64,000 bases of DNA from Azolla caroliniana (taxonomy: Eukaryota > Plantae > Polypodiophyta): assembly GCA_043228905.1 (NCBI GenBank), contig JBHGNT010000006.1:11966001-12030000 (forward strand), written 5' to 3'. The position numbers were made by a program, and so were the translations under genes. The notes beneath the pieces are model-generated. The model searched no databases and was not told where the DNA came from. It worked only from the letters and a program-made list of their open reading frames with translations. Below, piece by piece: positions 35,101-48,865 of the stretch; the first letter of the stretch is position 1, and the number at the start of each line of letters is the position of its first letter.

Positions 35101-38100
35101 AATGAGATGGGTTTTCTTAGGTTTAACATTGTACATGGAACACTCCTCTCAAACTAGCACAAAATGTACTAGTATTCTAGACACTAAATGAACACATTGT
35201 GATGAAAAAAATCACTATGGTCCAAACAAAGGATTAGTAACAACAATGTGATGATGATGACTTCCATATTTTAAAATTCAGCTGCGCCCCTACAGAAAGC
35301 ATTCTTTGCTGCAATTTATTTTCAGTGATTTCTTGTCTAAGAGTGCATTCGATGAATACAACTACTATACTAAAATAGCCAATCATTCTCCATGACAAAG
35401 AAAAACTCAAAAACTAAAATGTTCTCAACAAAATCAAACCTTCAGTTCTTCTTCTAGAACGTGAATATTGTTCATGGCATCAGTAAGTTTCTTGTTCAGA
35501 TCGTCAGCTCTGGCCATCTCTTGTTGTATTCTCTCCTCTTTCTGTTAAGAGTCTGAATGATATTATAATAAACTAGAGACATTGACGTGTTACTTGAAAT
35601 CATGGAAAAGTAAAAAAGGGCATGCCTCTTTCAGAAGACCCTTCAATTCTGTGACACCGTCCCTATCTTCGGATAGTCCCTGTATATAACAAATAGTCGT
35701 TGAATTCTTCAGAAACCTGATCGCAACCATCAAAGATACTTATATAAAAAATTATAAACCTTATCATCTTTGTGTTCTAATGATGTAGAAGCACTATCAT
35801 GGAGCCTTCCTTCAAGCAACCGTAATACCTAATAGGCATGCAAAGAGCTAGTTATCAAGTGAAGACCAGATACATATTTGCAATCAAAAGTTGCAATCAA
35901 CAATAACCACCTGCTCTCGTAAGGTAGATATTTCATCCATCAATAAGTCACGTTCACCACCACTATGGAAGTCTTGTAGCCTGATCGACAACATTCTCTC
36001 TTGCATTAGCAAACTTTATTTTCATTCTTGCTCTTCTCAATTGAGAAGATATCAGAACAAACTTTAGAGGCATGTGATGTATGGCAATAACAAGCTACTA
36101 AAACATGGGAAGTAGGACAGAGACAGAGATGTGGAGCAATAAGGAGAATTATGTCTGATCAAATAGGAGAGGGGCAAAGATTGCCTGTAGAAGGATTAAA
36201 TAAGAGCCAGATATATGATTGGGCACACTCATCTTAATATATACGAAACATGGCAATGCATGCTAAAATAGGTGAAATCATAAGCTGAAATCTTTGATAG
36301 GTTTACTTTTAAATAATTGCTCTACAACCCCCCTTTCAAAGGACTTTTACTGGATGTTATAATAGAATTGAGATATGATAAGAGGATAACAAAGTTCACT
36401 GATATAAAAGGCTTCCATCACTATGAATTTTTAGTTCTAAGATCCGAATTTACCTTTGAAGTTGATCCATCAGCCGAATGTTTTCTATAGCAAAGCGGGT
36501 TAACTCCGGGTTTTTGTCAAGACGTGCACGTAATAACTGCAACTCTTCTTTTAATGTCTGGTTTTCATCTGATTGATAAGAATCTGAAGACAGTGTGCCC
36601 TCAAGAGTTGATTCTAAACGTTTAATCTTATCTTCTCTAAAACGCAGCATCATTTTATTGAATTGTGCATCATCTTCTCTTTGCTTGACCTGATAGCCAA
36701 AAGAGTCATTAAAGTTTCCACAATAGCTAAACACAAAATATGCCAAACAGTAGCCAATCAAGCACATATACCAAGAGATTGAGTTGCTCTATTTCCCCAG
36801 TTAGGAGCTTTGCCGTACTCTCTGCAGCAAGCTCCCTCCTTAATGAGGCAGCAACAATTCTTTCAAGGGCGTTGGCCTGCAAAATTTTATGTTGTTGGCC
36901 ATTCAGTTCCATAAAATAAGCAACATGGAATGATATCGAGATCCCACGAAAATTTGGATCTCTCTCATAAATAGATTCTATCTTATTTTCAACTGCAACA
37001 CTTGCCTGACTCCCCACAGGAATTTCTTGGTTAGCTACTTGACATAGATTTGCTGTACTAGATAATGGCATTCTTGAAATGCTTTGCCGAGATAATCTGT
37101 GAAGTTCATCCTAAAATATAGATAGTGGCACACAAAACATGGTTTATAATCTGTGAAGTTCATCATAAAATATAGATAATGGCACATATATACATGATAC
37201 AATTAGGCCATAGCATTTCACACAGACATTATATTCAGCCAAAGATAAATGAAACGTCCGTATTCTAACCTTTAGCTGTTGTATTTGCAACCGTAAAGCA
37301 AGGACATCACCAGATGCATCTTCATTCACAATGGCCTGCAAGTTATTATCATCGCATAAATAAATAAAATAGAAAAAAGGTTCTATGCCAATTTCGCTTG
37401 TGAATCTTCCTTCTGGTTATTATATTTTTATTTGAAAAATAAGGAAAACTTACATTATTCTGAATAAACTTAGCTCTTTGTGCAAATTTCAATGTGCTCA
37501 ATGTCTCGGCTGCGCAACTAATGAAATTCAAAATAGAAATTAGTGCATTAACCCTCTCTCTCTCTAGATTTACCAAGCACCACTTTTATAAGAATATTCA
37601 AATATATTTATTGGCGCTTATTACGTAATTATTTTAAAATGCACGAGTAAAACACTTCTCATGATAGCCCACAAACCACATTACCTAATTGAAGGACTGA
37701 TATTAGCAATAATTGTTGTCTTTGAGTTGCCTCCTAAAGAATCCTGGGATAGCATGCATGGTTAGCATTCTCTAAGTCACTATATAGAACCTTGAATATC
37801 TGAGCAAAACAATATTCATACTTGCAGCAAAAAAGTAAGTTTTGAATCACGATATGGAACATGGCGCTGCTTCCCTTGAGCAACATCGACAAGTATCATG
37901 ATAACCAATCTGAAGCAGCACAAAAAAACGAGTTCTTTAGAAAATGAATCACTGATTAAAGAAACCTGTCGTCATAATGAGGAATCCACACATTATGATG
38001 CCACAAATTTTCCAACATAATTTGCTATAGCAGATGCCTTTTCCTAAAATATTGCAACTCATTTGTGCAATTGGTAACCGTGATCTCAATATGCAATCAT

Positions 38101-41014
38101 ATCAAGACCCATACCTTAGTTTTTAATTGAAAGCAATATGCTCATAAATAGTTACAAATGGAAGGGTATTTCATTTCAGAGAAAAAGATAAACTACAATA
38201 AGAGGCTCCTTCAGAAGCGCATGCTTTCATACCCCAGAGTGGATAATGACTTGTTGATGTTGGCAGCTTCCTTCAAACGCTCACCCTCTGCACCTGAACT
38301 CTTTTGTCTGTCCAAAACGGCAAGACTGGTCAAGTCACATTTGAAAAAATACGAAAGTGATTTAAAGGAGGTACCATTTTTTGTTAACATTGCTAACCTT
38401 TCTGATCCTGCCAGATCAACCAAATTTAGTCTGCCAAACCTAATGTTTGTCATAGAATCGGCTTCCCACTGCCAAGAGAAATGATCTCATAAATAAGAAT
38501 GATGAATCCTAGAAGAAAAATATTATCACAGGAAGTCTTCTTCTAAATAAACTTTTTAAAAATCGTGCAGAATTACCTGACTCTCAATCACACAGGTGAA
38601 GACACTGTGTGAACGGCTGCTTTCTTTATTCATATTGGTAGCAGCAACTTTCCTGTTGGCAGCACCCTACATCCCCGAATTCAATAACATTGCCACGGTT
38701 GTTTTAGGTCATTACATTTCCCATATAACCATGATTGTTAAGGTCGTTATGTTTTCACTAGGTTCTGTGTGTGCCTGACTGTTACATTAATGCTAGATTC
38801 ACCCAATATAGACATTAGTTATGAGGCAACCTCAATTATATATTAATATCAGCATCATATGGTTAGTCCAAAATGATAATTTGCACAGGGCACCTGCAGA
38901 AGGAGAAATATAACATCTTGAACGCTTTTGACCTCCACTTCACTCAAGCTGTCAACATAAACTCCCTTTTTAATGTCCTCACGCATCTGCAGATTTCATA
39001 ACGAATTTTAAAACTGAATTCGGTGTTTGGGATGTAGTTAAAAATACCATTATTTATCTTTCTTCTACACAATGATTCTTTACAAAGCCAATGTGTTAAT
39101 AGATTACTTGCAAATTTGTGGAAGATGGCTCCAAGAGGTCCGTAATCTGTTCATTATATATTTCAAGGAATGAGCACTTGCAAGTAAACTTCAGATGCTC
39201 ATTCTTGCGGTTTTCCTCTTCCTGTAGCATTTATGTTTGCGATATCATTAAAACATTGAATGATAATTTTGAAACAAAGCAACCAATCTGAAAGAGAAAA
39301 AAACAACAGCAGCAAAATTCTATCTTCATTTCATGAACAAAGTTTTAATTGCTTGGGATGATAACTCACTATCACAATTCTCCTAAATAGATACTCAAAT
39401 ATTCTGGGAGTGATTCCTCGATTGTCGCTGGGCCGATGTTCTAATTCATCAATATCCCCTAGCATGGTGTGTGTCTTGCCACTTCCTGTCTGAATGCATG
39501 TAACAACTTCATTAGTCCAGATTCTGAAATCATGATCAATAAAGATGCGCAATTGACAAATTTCACGTACTTGTCCATATGCAAACATGCAGCTGTTGTA
39601 ACCAGACATGCAATTGTCTATCATCGGTATACCCGCTACCTTAAATAATTTATCCTATAGAACAAGAATAGAAATAAATATTATTACCATGTTCTTCAAT
39701 AGAGTCAATGTACAATTTACAGAATTAACATCTTGCATACCTGCGTAATTTTTTCACAGGCAACATGATCAAAGGTGAACCTACATTCTGGTTGTGAGAT
39801 CCAAGTCAGTGTATGAGATGTTTCCTGCCTAATACATCTGCTATAACCTTGAGAAGAGACTTCTGCACTATTCAATGGGCGGCATCGAATTATGACCTGA
39901 AATCCATAGAACATAATTACAAATGTGTTAATGAATGAAACAAAAGCTCCAGCAGCAAAAAATTGATCTCGTGCACATTATTGACTGATATACAGCCTAC
40001 TAATTTTCCTACCTGCACATTATGGTCCTTCCAGAACAATGGATCCTCTTCGAGATCAAAATAGGGCACATCCACATGTTTTGAATCTGAACTATGAGAT
40101 CTTATCGCTTGAGACATGGCATTAGCAGACCTAACAGAGAGATGTCCTAGCCGAGCATTTCCATTTCCAGATCCACTGTTTCCACTATACTTCAACACCC
40201 TAGAAACATTCCGGCTAGGAGTGCCTAAACACTGAATGAGGCCTGACGTCTCAGTTTCGTTGGCCAAAGCCTTTGTATTCCGAATGGCACAAGGAGTAGA
40301 ATGATTTGAAGTCCCAACTCTATTAAAGTTAAATTGTCCAGGGTTTACATACTGTTGATTTTCTACACCAGCTGTAGCAACAACTTCTTTTGAAAATTCT
40401 CGAGCTGAAGAGCTTCGTGAAAGTTTGGATGGTGTTTGTGCATCCTTCCTAACCTCAGCATATGAACTAACCTCTTTTCCTAAATTAGCTACAGATTGAT
40501 TCCATCCGAACCGATTCCTTGGTAGTGTTTGTTTATCTGGAGTTCTAACAGAGCTATCAACAATGGGTTGTGGATGTAGTTTTGATTTACCTCTTGGAGT
40601 CAAAATTTCAGATTTTCGAGGCAAGTCTGGATTCTCTATTCCTTCATTTACCTGAAAATAAAGCTTTGATCTGCCTCTCGGTGTAGAAGCGTCAGACTTT
40701 CCTTTAAACTGCAATAATTCAGGATTCTCCATACCTTCTAATCCCTGAGAATGTGTCTTTGATTTACATTTGGGGGTAGAAATATCAGATTTACCCTTGA
40801 AACGAGATAAGTCAGTATTATCAACAGTTTCTGCCACCTGCGACGGCAGAGGAATAGGACAAAGAGGAACTCTAGATGGAAGAGAATTAGAGGAAGACAA
40901 ATCTGTGGCTGGATGGTTAAGGTTATGATCATTTCCAACCTCTTGAGATGGTGTTGGTTTTCTAGGAGAGCTCCAAGCAGGAGGTTTTGATGGAGACATA
41001 AGCTTAGACGCCAT
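26169..41014 (-). CDS. KIN12: Kinesin-12 family, phragmoplast-orienting kinesin (POK1/POK2-like); ~35 coding exons, ~3,300 aa
   Basis: [91 protein letters not shown]; POK C-terminal motifs [33 protein letters not shown]; GT-AG exons traceable to TAG at 26171-26169. Exon count and length summed by eye. Confidence 0.93.
29177..34426 (-). CDS. 5,250-nt coiled-coil exon of the kinesin-12 gene
   Basis: CAG|GGA acceptor at 34427, CAG|GTATGT donor at 29176; 1,750 open codons rich in E/K/L/Q. Confidence 0.92.
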
Positions 41015-42059
41015 AGTTTCTTTGCCTTTTTTGTCCTTTACTTCGAGAGAACTTATCCTTTACCTCTACTGGAAGATTTATCTATAATCTGGATATTTGG
41101 TTGGAATGGATCTACTAGAGAAGAAGCTTTCCTCCCATGGATCTGGTTTTTCTTTCTAGCTTTTCTGGGATGACTTAACCTTCGTCTTCTCTCTTCTTTG
41201 AAAGAATCAAATGAATAGAGATGGCGTATCCGTCAGCTAGGGAATGATCCTCTGCAGTTTTAATGCTTGTAAAATCTGCAGAAGATAAAGTCTACTTGGA
41301 AACGAGAACTCTGGTTAAACGGTGCGCAGAAAGAGACCTTTTTCTTTCATGGAAATACCCGAATGAATTTAGATTTGAATGGGTAGAAAACGTTGCAGAA
41401 TACACAGTTTTAGTTATAATCTCAATATCCCTCTACTTTGAATGTTAAAAGCGTAGTAGTAATAATGGAGCGAGGAAAGAAGTCTCTTTCTGCCTTCCTT
41501 TCCGCCACTCTGTTGTTTTAGAATGATGCTTTCAAGATGTTCTCTAGACTTTGCAATAATCTAGTGGAAGGAGATATCGTATCTCTTCTGCAGCTTTAAC
41601 GGTACAAAACTTGCAGAAGACAGAAAGTGTGGATAATCTGCAGAAGAAGAAGAAGAAGAAGAAGAAGAAGAGATTTCTTCTTCTGTAGCGTCAATTTGCG
41701 GAGAATGTAAAGAAGACAGGGTTGGTTTTTCTTCAGCAGTTACAATGCTGCGCGAAATATTTCTGTAGACAAACCGAGAGTTCTTTGTGCAGAGCTAAAG
41801 ATGGTGGAGAACCTGCAAACAATAAATAGATATGTATTTCGGAAGAATGGAAGGCAGGCAAAATATAGTGGCGATGGAGCTGCCTCCCTTTCTTCTTCGG
41901 CTGCTGCTGCTGCTGCTGCTGCTGGTGGCCATGGAAAAAACAAAACAAAATTTGGGAGAAAGAAAGAGAAAACAAACTGTCTGTCTGTGCAAGCAAGCAA
42001 GCAAGCAAAAGGTCTTCCTCCTCCCGCTGCTACTGCTGCACAGTCACAGACAACATACA

Positions 42060-42062
<3 letters not shown>

Positions 42063-42095
<33 letters not shown>
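42063..42095. repeat. (AG)n microsatellite in the kinesin 5' region; nearby (GAA)n 41643-41670, (GCT)n ~41900-41923, (AC)n ~42401-42419
   Basis: Direct reading of the simple repeats. Confidence 0.9.
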
Positions 42096-42097
<2 letters not shown>

Positions 42098-42152
42098 ATA
42101 TTTTTATTGTCCGCCGCACGATGGCATCATCGAAGGGGCTCATGACTGATGT

Positions 42153-42250
42153 GATCGGACGGTTCTGTTTGAATCTCTCTCTCTCCCGGGCAAACACAAA
42201 CACCTTCGTTTTTTTGAATTCTCTCTCTCTGTCTTTTCCTTTCAAAAACC
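42153..42250. promoter_or_regulatory. Candidate cell-cycle promoter motifs (MSA-like GATCGGACGGTT and three TTTGAA CHR-like sites) upstream of kinesin-12
   Basis: GATCGGACGGTT 42153-42164; TTTGAA at 42168 and ~42213; TTCAAA at ~42241. Short motifs; the context (mitotic kinesin) fits. Confidence 0.4.
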
Positions 42251-43665
42251 CCAAACCAAATTACATAATATGTACATAAGTCATAAATCAATCAACAGAT
42301 AAAAACAAATATTTAAATAATAATAATAAATCCAACCCCCCCCCCCCCTTTCTCTCTTTTCTTTTGCTTTCCGTGGACCATGGCTAAGCTCAAGATTAGG
42401 ACACACACACACACACACATCCGGCCTTCCGCTTTGCATCCTGAGTGACTAACGAAAGTGGGCGTGCCGCTCACCTCACTTCCCCCTGAATAACTTGAAA
42501 CGGCCTCTCGATGCTTTTTTCACTCGAGGCTCTCCTCGCAATGGCAATATATCTGTATAATGCTTCGATGACGCATCTGCTGTTTGATCAAATTATTAGG
42601 GTTGCGGAATATGTCTATGAAGGGACCAAATCAAGTGGCGTGCTAAAGAACAACATCAACAAAATGCAGCTAGTCGTGGATCGAAAGCTCAACTCATTGA
42701 AACTCGAAGATTCTCCCATCCCTTTTCGTTCTTTCTTCATCGCTAGTTATCCATTTCACCATAGTTTACACCCTATATAATAGGGGTTTTGATTGTAATT
42801 GAACGTTAACCTTATCATTCTTGAGCACAAGCCTATTGTAATATATTATGCTTGTCATTAATTGAATCCACCCTCTCATTATCATATGTTTCATGTTAAG
42901 TTATCAGAGATTTTGTTCCTTGAGTGGAAACAATTTCATGGGAGGACTTGAATCATGGAGATTGAAGCTTGAGCCTAAAGCTCGGAGAGAGCGATGCAAC
43001 TAAAAGCTCGAGCCCCAAAAGCTCAAAGTCCATCCTTGAGCCCAAATCTTGTAGGAAGTCCCTCTAACTCAAAGCTCGAAGAGAATCCAAAGTCGAGCCG
43101 AGGCAAAACCTCAACTCATGTGAAACCTACAGCCAAGCCTTTGAACCCAAAACTTGAGGCTAGGCCAATCCTCAAGCCAATAAGAAATTTGATCTAAGAT
43201 GAAACCTCGAGTCAACCAATGTAGTACGATGAAAGCTGACAAAGGGGAACCCATAGAGGGCTTGATGCGTAAGAGCTAGGCATAAGGACAACACACTAAG
43301 TATTGACATGGCATAAAAGGGATTGCATGAGAGGGAACATGAGAAAAATGATCGTCCAAAAATCCTTAAGACTAACAAAGCATCTTCCCTAGTTCAAGAT
43401 ACACGTGGTCCCACTCAAATAGCATAAGATGTCACAAAGATACTCATGTGTGTGTGAATTGAGAGTGGAACCATCAGAGAATCTAAACTAGAGAGGATGG
43501 GGAATGGACTAAAGTTGGTGACTTTAGAGTGCTCGTTGATGTTAGCTCTTGTACTTGGTTTCTATGAGGGAAATTAAGTACTTTTAAGTTCTAGTATTCT
43601 CGTGAGGATGACCTTTCACGTATGTGAATGCCCAAGTGTGTATGTATGTGTTCATGTAATAATGT

Positions 43666-44634
43666 TGTCGTGAAAAATCCGACACTATGTGCGGATCGTG
43701 AGGCGAAACCACTGGGGTTATGGACTGGACGGAATTAAGGCTCACACGGTTAGCACAAGCAAGATTTACACATGAGACAAGTAGGTAAAAGAAAATATTC
43801 GTTTATTGCAAAAGAAAATGGATTCTTTATAATTCTAGAATCATGTTACAACGGATTGGATATGAATATGAAAGATCATTCTTGAAAGAAAGGAGCCCAC
43901 CACCATGTAAGGAGTGGTCCGATATGAATATGAGAGATTATTCTTCCCTAAGGAATGGGAGAGAGAAGAAGAGAATGGGAAAAAAAAACTTGAGAGAAAA
44001 AAAGTGGAACATATACAGAGTTCCTTGTTGATCATAGCCTCCCATGTTCCTTTGCATGCATCCCTTTTTAGTTCCATGGCCTCCGTTTTTAGTTGCTTGG
44101 CCTTTATTTTTAGTTCCATGGCATCCTTTTTTAGTTGCTTCGCCTTTACTTTTAGTTCCATGGCGTCCTTTTTTAGTTGCATGCGACCGTTCGTATAATT
44201 CAGCCACATGATTCACAATCATCCATAAAGTTCAGCCGGTACACGCGAGTCCCGACTACACTGTGTACGCGTCCCGACCGAGCCGTACACCGTGACCCAA
44301 AATCATTTGAGCCAATCAGCCACATAGTTCAGCCCAAAGTCACCTTGAACATTCTATGCTTCACACATAAACATAAAGTAATAGGTTCTGGCTCTCCTTA
44401 TATAATATGGGATCCAATGTTGTCCCATCTATGTAGGATATCTCACAGTTTTGTTTTTCCCAATAATCTTAAACTTCACACTCACATAACTTGATACTTG
44501 TTTATCCGTTTCATGTGTTATAAAATGCGTTATGAAGCTCTTGATGACATTTATCTTTCTATATCAATCCATTAAGCTAATCTTAAATAATTATTTTACT
44601 ATTTTTCATATTGTGTGTGAAGGACCACACGACA
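43666..44634 (-). mobile_element. Solo LTR 'J' (969 bp) with a 4-bp TSD
   Basis: Termini TGTCGTG / CACGACA; flanks ATGT (43662-43665) and ACGT (44635-44638); ~21-bp TTTTAGTT(G/C)CATGG tandem subrepeats at 44060-44185; TATA on the minus strand near 44405. Confidence 0.82.
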
Positions 44635-45071
44635 ACGTGTTTATATATATATGTGTGTGTATGGGTGTGTGTATGTATATATGTAAATGTTTGGATATAT
44701 CTGAGAGAGAAAGAGACATACAGACAGAAAAACAAAGAACGAGTGACAGAGAGAGAGAGAGAGAAGAAAATCAGAAGCAGAAGGAAACCAAAAAACAAGG
44801 AGGGAGAGAGAGGGGAGTAGGAGAAACGAGAAAATCAAAGAAACAAAGTAGGATAAAATCAGAAAATCACAAGGAAGAGAAGGACGAGGAGAAGACGAAG
44901 AAGAAGGACGAGGAGACGTGAGAGACAATTATTCGCGGCTACATCGACATAATTGGGCAAGTGCTACAACAACATTCTTCTTCAACGGCAAGCTTGAATG
45001 TCATCGGGTCTATTTCAGGTTAATCATCCTCTTATTAATCTCCTTTTCCTTATAATTAGGGCGTAGTATAT

Positions 45072-48000
45072 ATGGAAGCAATGGATGAAGGAATAATTGA
45101 GAGACAAATACAAATTAAGAGAGGAGAAGGAGCATATGAGGTTATTTTGAAGAAACAAAATATTGGCATTAATAATATGCATGAGGGGGATATAGATATG
45201 ATGCCAAGACCATCATATGCACATGTGATGGGAGAAGGGGAGGAGGAGAGGAATGCACAATATTGGGATGTAATGCATGTAGTTGCTAATGAAGCACTCC
45301 ATGAAATTTTATCGGATGATACAGATATGGTGGCCAATGTAGAAGAGGATGAGATTGTCGAGGTGGAGATGCCACATAGAGAAAATTTAAAGGCATTTTC
45401 CATGTTTCATGAGAGAGGCATTATTTGTTTCTTTATAGGGAAAAATCCTTTAGTAAATTGGGTGGCGCAATGGCTAAATGCAATGATTGGTAGGAATAGT
45501 GTGGAAGATGTGTATAAAGGTCCATGCGAGGTTTTTGAGATTATTTTTCGAACCGAAGAACAACGGGATAGATTGTTATCACGTTTGCTTGTCTTTACAA
45601 TAATAATTTAGTCTATATTGTCCCTTGGAAACCACTAGTCGAGTTTCAGGAAATTTTGAAACAAGAGTGTCCAATATGGGTGGAGTTAGAGTGTCAACTT
45701 TCATTTTATGACCTATAATTCAAGGTGTCATGGAACAATTGGGAAAGGTGATAGTAGCCCCAAATGCCAAAGCATATAATAGATATAGGTTATGTATGGT
45801 ATGGAATACAACAAAAAAGAGACCTTTGTGGCTAAACATAAAGACTTACGAGATGAGGTCATTCCGTTGCCAATTGCATTGGGAATCATTTGCCAGTCAT
45901 TGCTTTCGATGTGGTCATTTACGCCATTTCATGGCGGAATGTCATCAAACACCGAAAATGGAGGTGACTAATAATTCCCATGGTAATGAGTTAATGCCAG
46001 ACTCTATACTAAATGATAATGACGTGTTGAAAACTAAGGAGGCAAATGTGGAAAAAGGTAAGAGTGTTGTAATTTTGGAACATAATGACAAAGATATTCA
46101 AGAAACAAGAAAATATTTAATGGATGAGGGTGGATCTTGGATTAAGGTGGCCTCTAAGGTAAATCATCCAAGGTACCAAAAAGACAAAGTTTATGCACAT
46201 AATGGACAAGAGAGGGGTAGTTCCTCTAGGGATCCTATGGGGTTATCACATGCACATAATTATGATCAATTGAAAGGAAGGTCAAAACCGTGGCAAGGGT
46301 CACAATATAAACAATCCAATCAAGGGACAAAACCTTTCAACCTTAGGTTTGATAAGAACGGTAAAATCAATTTACCATTAGAAAAACAAAATTGGAAAAG
46401 AGATAATTCATGGGGTACAATAGGATCCACCAATAATCATCAACCATCTGTGCAAAATGCATTTGCAATCTTAAGTGTTATTTCGGTGATATACCAAAGA
46501 TATTGGCACAACGGGAACAACAAGCCAAGAAGCAATATAATTAGTTAGTGATGAAGATAGTCACATGGAATGTAAGGGGAATTTGTTCTCCATCCAAGCA
46601 GTATGGTATGTGGAAAAGTATTTTTAATAGTGAATGGGATATATTATGTGTAGTAGAACATAAGGAGCATGCTAAGTCTGGGTCTTCTTTTCATCATAAT
46701 CAATATCACGTGTTTTATGTTGGAGTCAATGGGAGCCCTTATTCAGGTGTAATGCTTATTATAAGGGATAGCTTGAAACCGGTAGTGGCTCAAAGAGATG
46801 TACATGGTCGGTTTTTGGTGGTTGAAGTTAATTATGAAGGGAAACGGATTTGGGTGGTTGGTATTTATGGATCGAATGTTGCAAGACATCGTATGGAACT
46901 TTGGAGATGCTTAAATCAAGTTTTGCTTCATGGGAGATTCGGTTTTTTGTTAGGGGATTTTAATATGTGTTCTGAGGTGCGCCAATCTACTTCGAGGCAT
47001 GGCTTGATGGATGCTCCTGAACGAGAGGTATGGGATTTGTTTATGATGGATGTCGTAAGGTATGATGCATGGACTTGGATCAATGGAAATGATGTTGGTT
47101 ATACCTTTCAGTCGGCACAATATAGATAAACTTGGAGTAGATTGGATCGCATTTATATTATGCATGATGATACATTCTTGCAAGAGTTTTTGATTATGCA
47201 AGTGCATAGGGGGATTGGATCATCATATCATTTTCCAGTTGTTTTGGAATGCACACATCAAACTGTGGATGGTTTTAGAGCTTTATTGGGGAGACAACCA
47301 TTGAGATTTAATTCATCTTTTCTTGGACATGATATATTTAAGCATGCTATGGGACAATTGGTGGGGGAGTTTACCAGACAAGTCAATGTCCATGGTGTTT
47401 CGTCATGGGATATTTGTCTTTCCAATATACAACGGTTTACACGTTATTATGGAATTTATCAAGCATCTATCCGTAAACAAAAGATGAGTTTGTTACAACA
47501 CTTCCTAGATAGATGTAATGCATTGTTGGTAAAGATCCATTGGATGATGTGTTGTTGGATATTTAAGAGACATTATCACAGGCCTTACTAGTATTAGAGG
47601 TTCGCACTTATCAACAATCACGAGTGAGGGCTATGAAAAATGAAGTACATGATCACAAATGTAATTCACATAAGTTTTACCATGGGTTGCAGGCATCTCA
47701 TGCTAGAATGAATGTGGTAAATGTAGAGATTGATGGAACTTTGAATACAAACCCACAAGTGATTATTGATAATTGTGTTAAACATTTCACGAATCTTTTT
47801 GGGCAAGATTGTATTATGAATGATGGCATAACACAAGCGCAATCGATGTTATTTAACTCAGTCAAGGTGAGTGGTGGGCAACATGACATGATTGCATTGG
47901 AGGTGGAATATGTATTATCACATCTTGCAAGTGATAAAAGCCCGGGTTGGGATGGCATTACAAATGAGTTTTTTAAAGCCTTTTTGCATGAACTCAAAGC

Positions 48001-48862
48001 CCCTCTAACAATGCTATTCCAAGAAATATGGAGTTTTGGTAAAATGCCCGATTCATGGAAACTTGGTCTGGTTAAACTTATACCAAAAGTTGCATCTCCT
48101 ACGTCTTTTGCTCAATGGAGACCGATATCATTAATGGGTGGGATGTATAAGATTTTTGCCAAAGTAATTGCAAATAGACTTCAAAAGGTGTTGTCGTCTA
48201 TGGTCCATCCAATGCAATATGGATTTATTAAGGGAAGAGACATCCTGCATAATTTTTTGAATGTGCAAATGGAAGTGGATTATGCAAAGGAATCCAAACA
48301 GCAAATTGTAATGATACAACTCGACATCGAGAAGGCATATGATCATGTACGTTGGTCTTTTATTACTCAACTTATGTCTCATATGGGTTTTGGGGAAAGG
48401 ATGTCTCAAATATCGTTGTTGGTGGGATTAGGTGCAGTCTCACACGTTATGTTAAATGGTGGAGTTACTAAGGCAATACCATTGAAAAGATCACTTAGAC
48501 AAGGATGCCCATTGAGTCCACTATTATTTGCAATTGCTACACACCCGATTTTGGTGAGGATGCATGAGTTGGCGACATGTGGGGAAATAGTTGGATTAAC
48601 TCTACCATCAGGGAAACATTTGATTGCCCAAGCATTGGTTGATGATTCATTTTTATTTCTCAAAGCAACACCTAATAACATAGCTAAAGCCATGGAGGTG
48701 TGGAATGTGTTTGCATTGGCGTCAAGATTACATATAAATATGCAAAAGTAGATGCTCATTAGATGCATTGAAAGTGATTTGGTGGATCTTGGATGGGGTG
48801 GCCAAATATTAGATCAAGGGAATGTGTGTCGACACTTTGGTTACCCTATTGGTGTTGATATC
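45072..48862 (+). mobile_element. L1-type LINE, 5' part: ORF1 (45072-46548, zinc knuckle) and ORF2 APE endonuclease plus RT, degenerate
   Basis: CFRCGHLRHFMAEC; MKIVTWNVRG, LLGDFN, RLDRIY; KSPGWDG, WRPISL, LDIEKAYD, LRQGCPLSPLLF, VDDS; stops and frameshifts; interrupted after GYPIGVD. Confidence 0.93.
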
Positions 48863-48865
48863 TAC

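Noticed and set aside
42511-43378. Short ORFs upstream of the kinesin as genes
   Set aside because: No recognisable motifs or splice structure; the region has LTR-like subrepeats (AAAGCTCG, ATGCAACTAAAA) but I could not define boundaries.
43841-44928. ORFs with KKDAMELK repeats and K/E-rich ORFs
   Set aside because: Translations of LTR J subrepeats and GA-rich low-complexity sequence.
45019-45059. Intron in the LINE 5' UTR (CAG|GTTAAT...TAG)
   Set aside because: Only ~41 nt, too short to support without transcript data.
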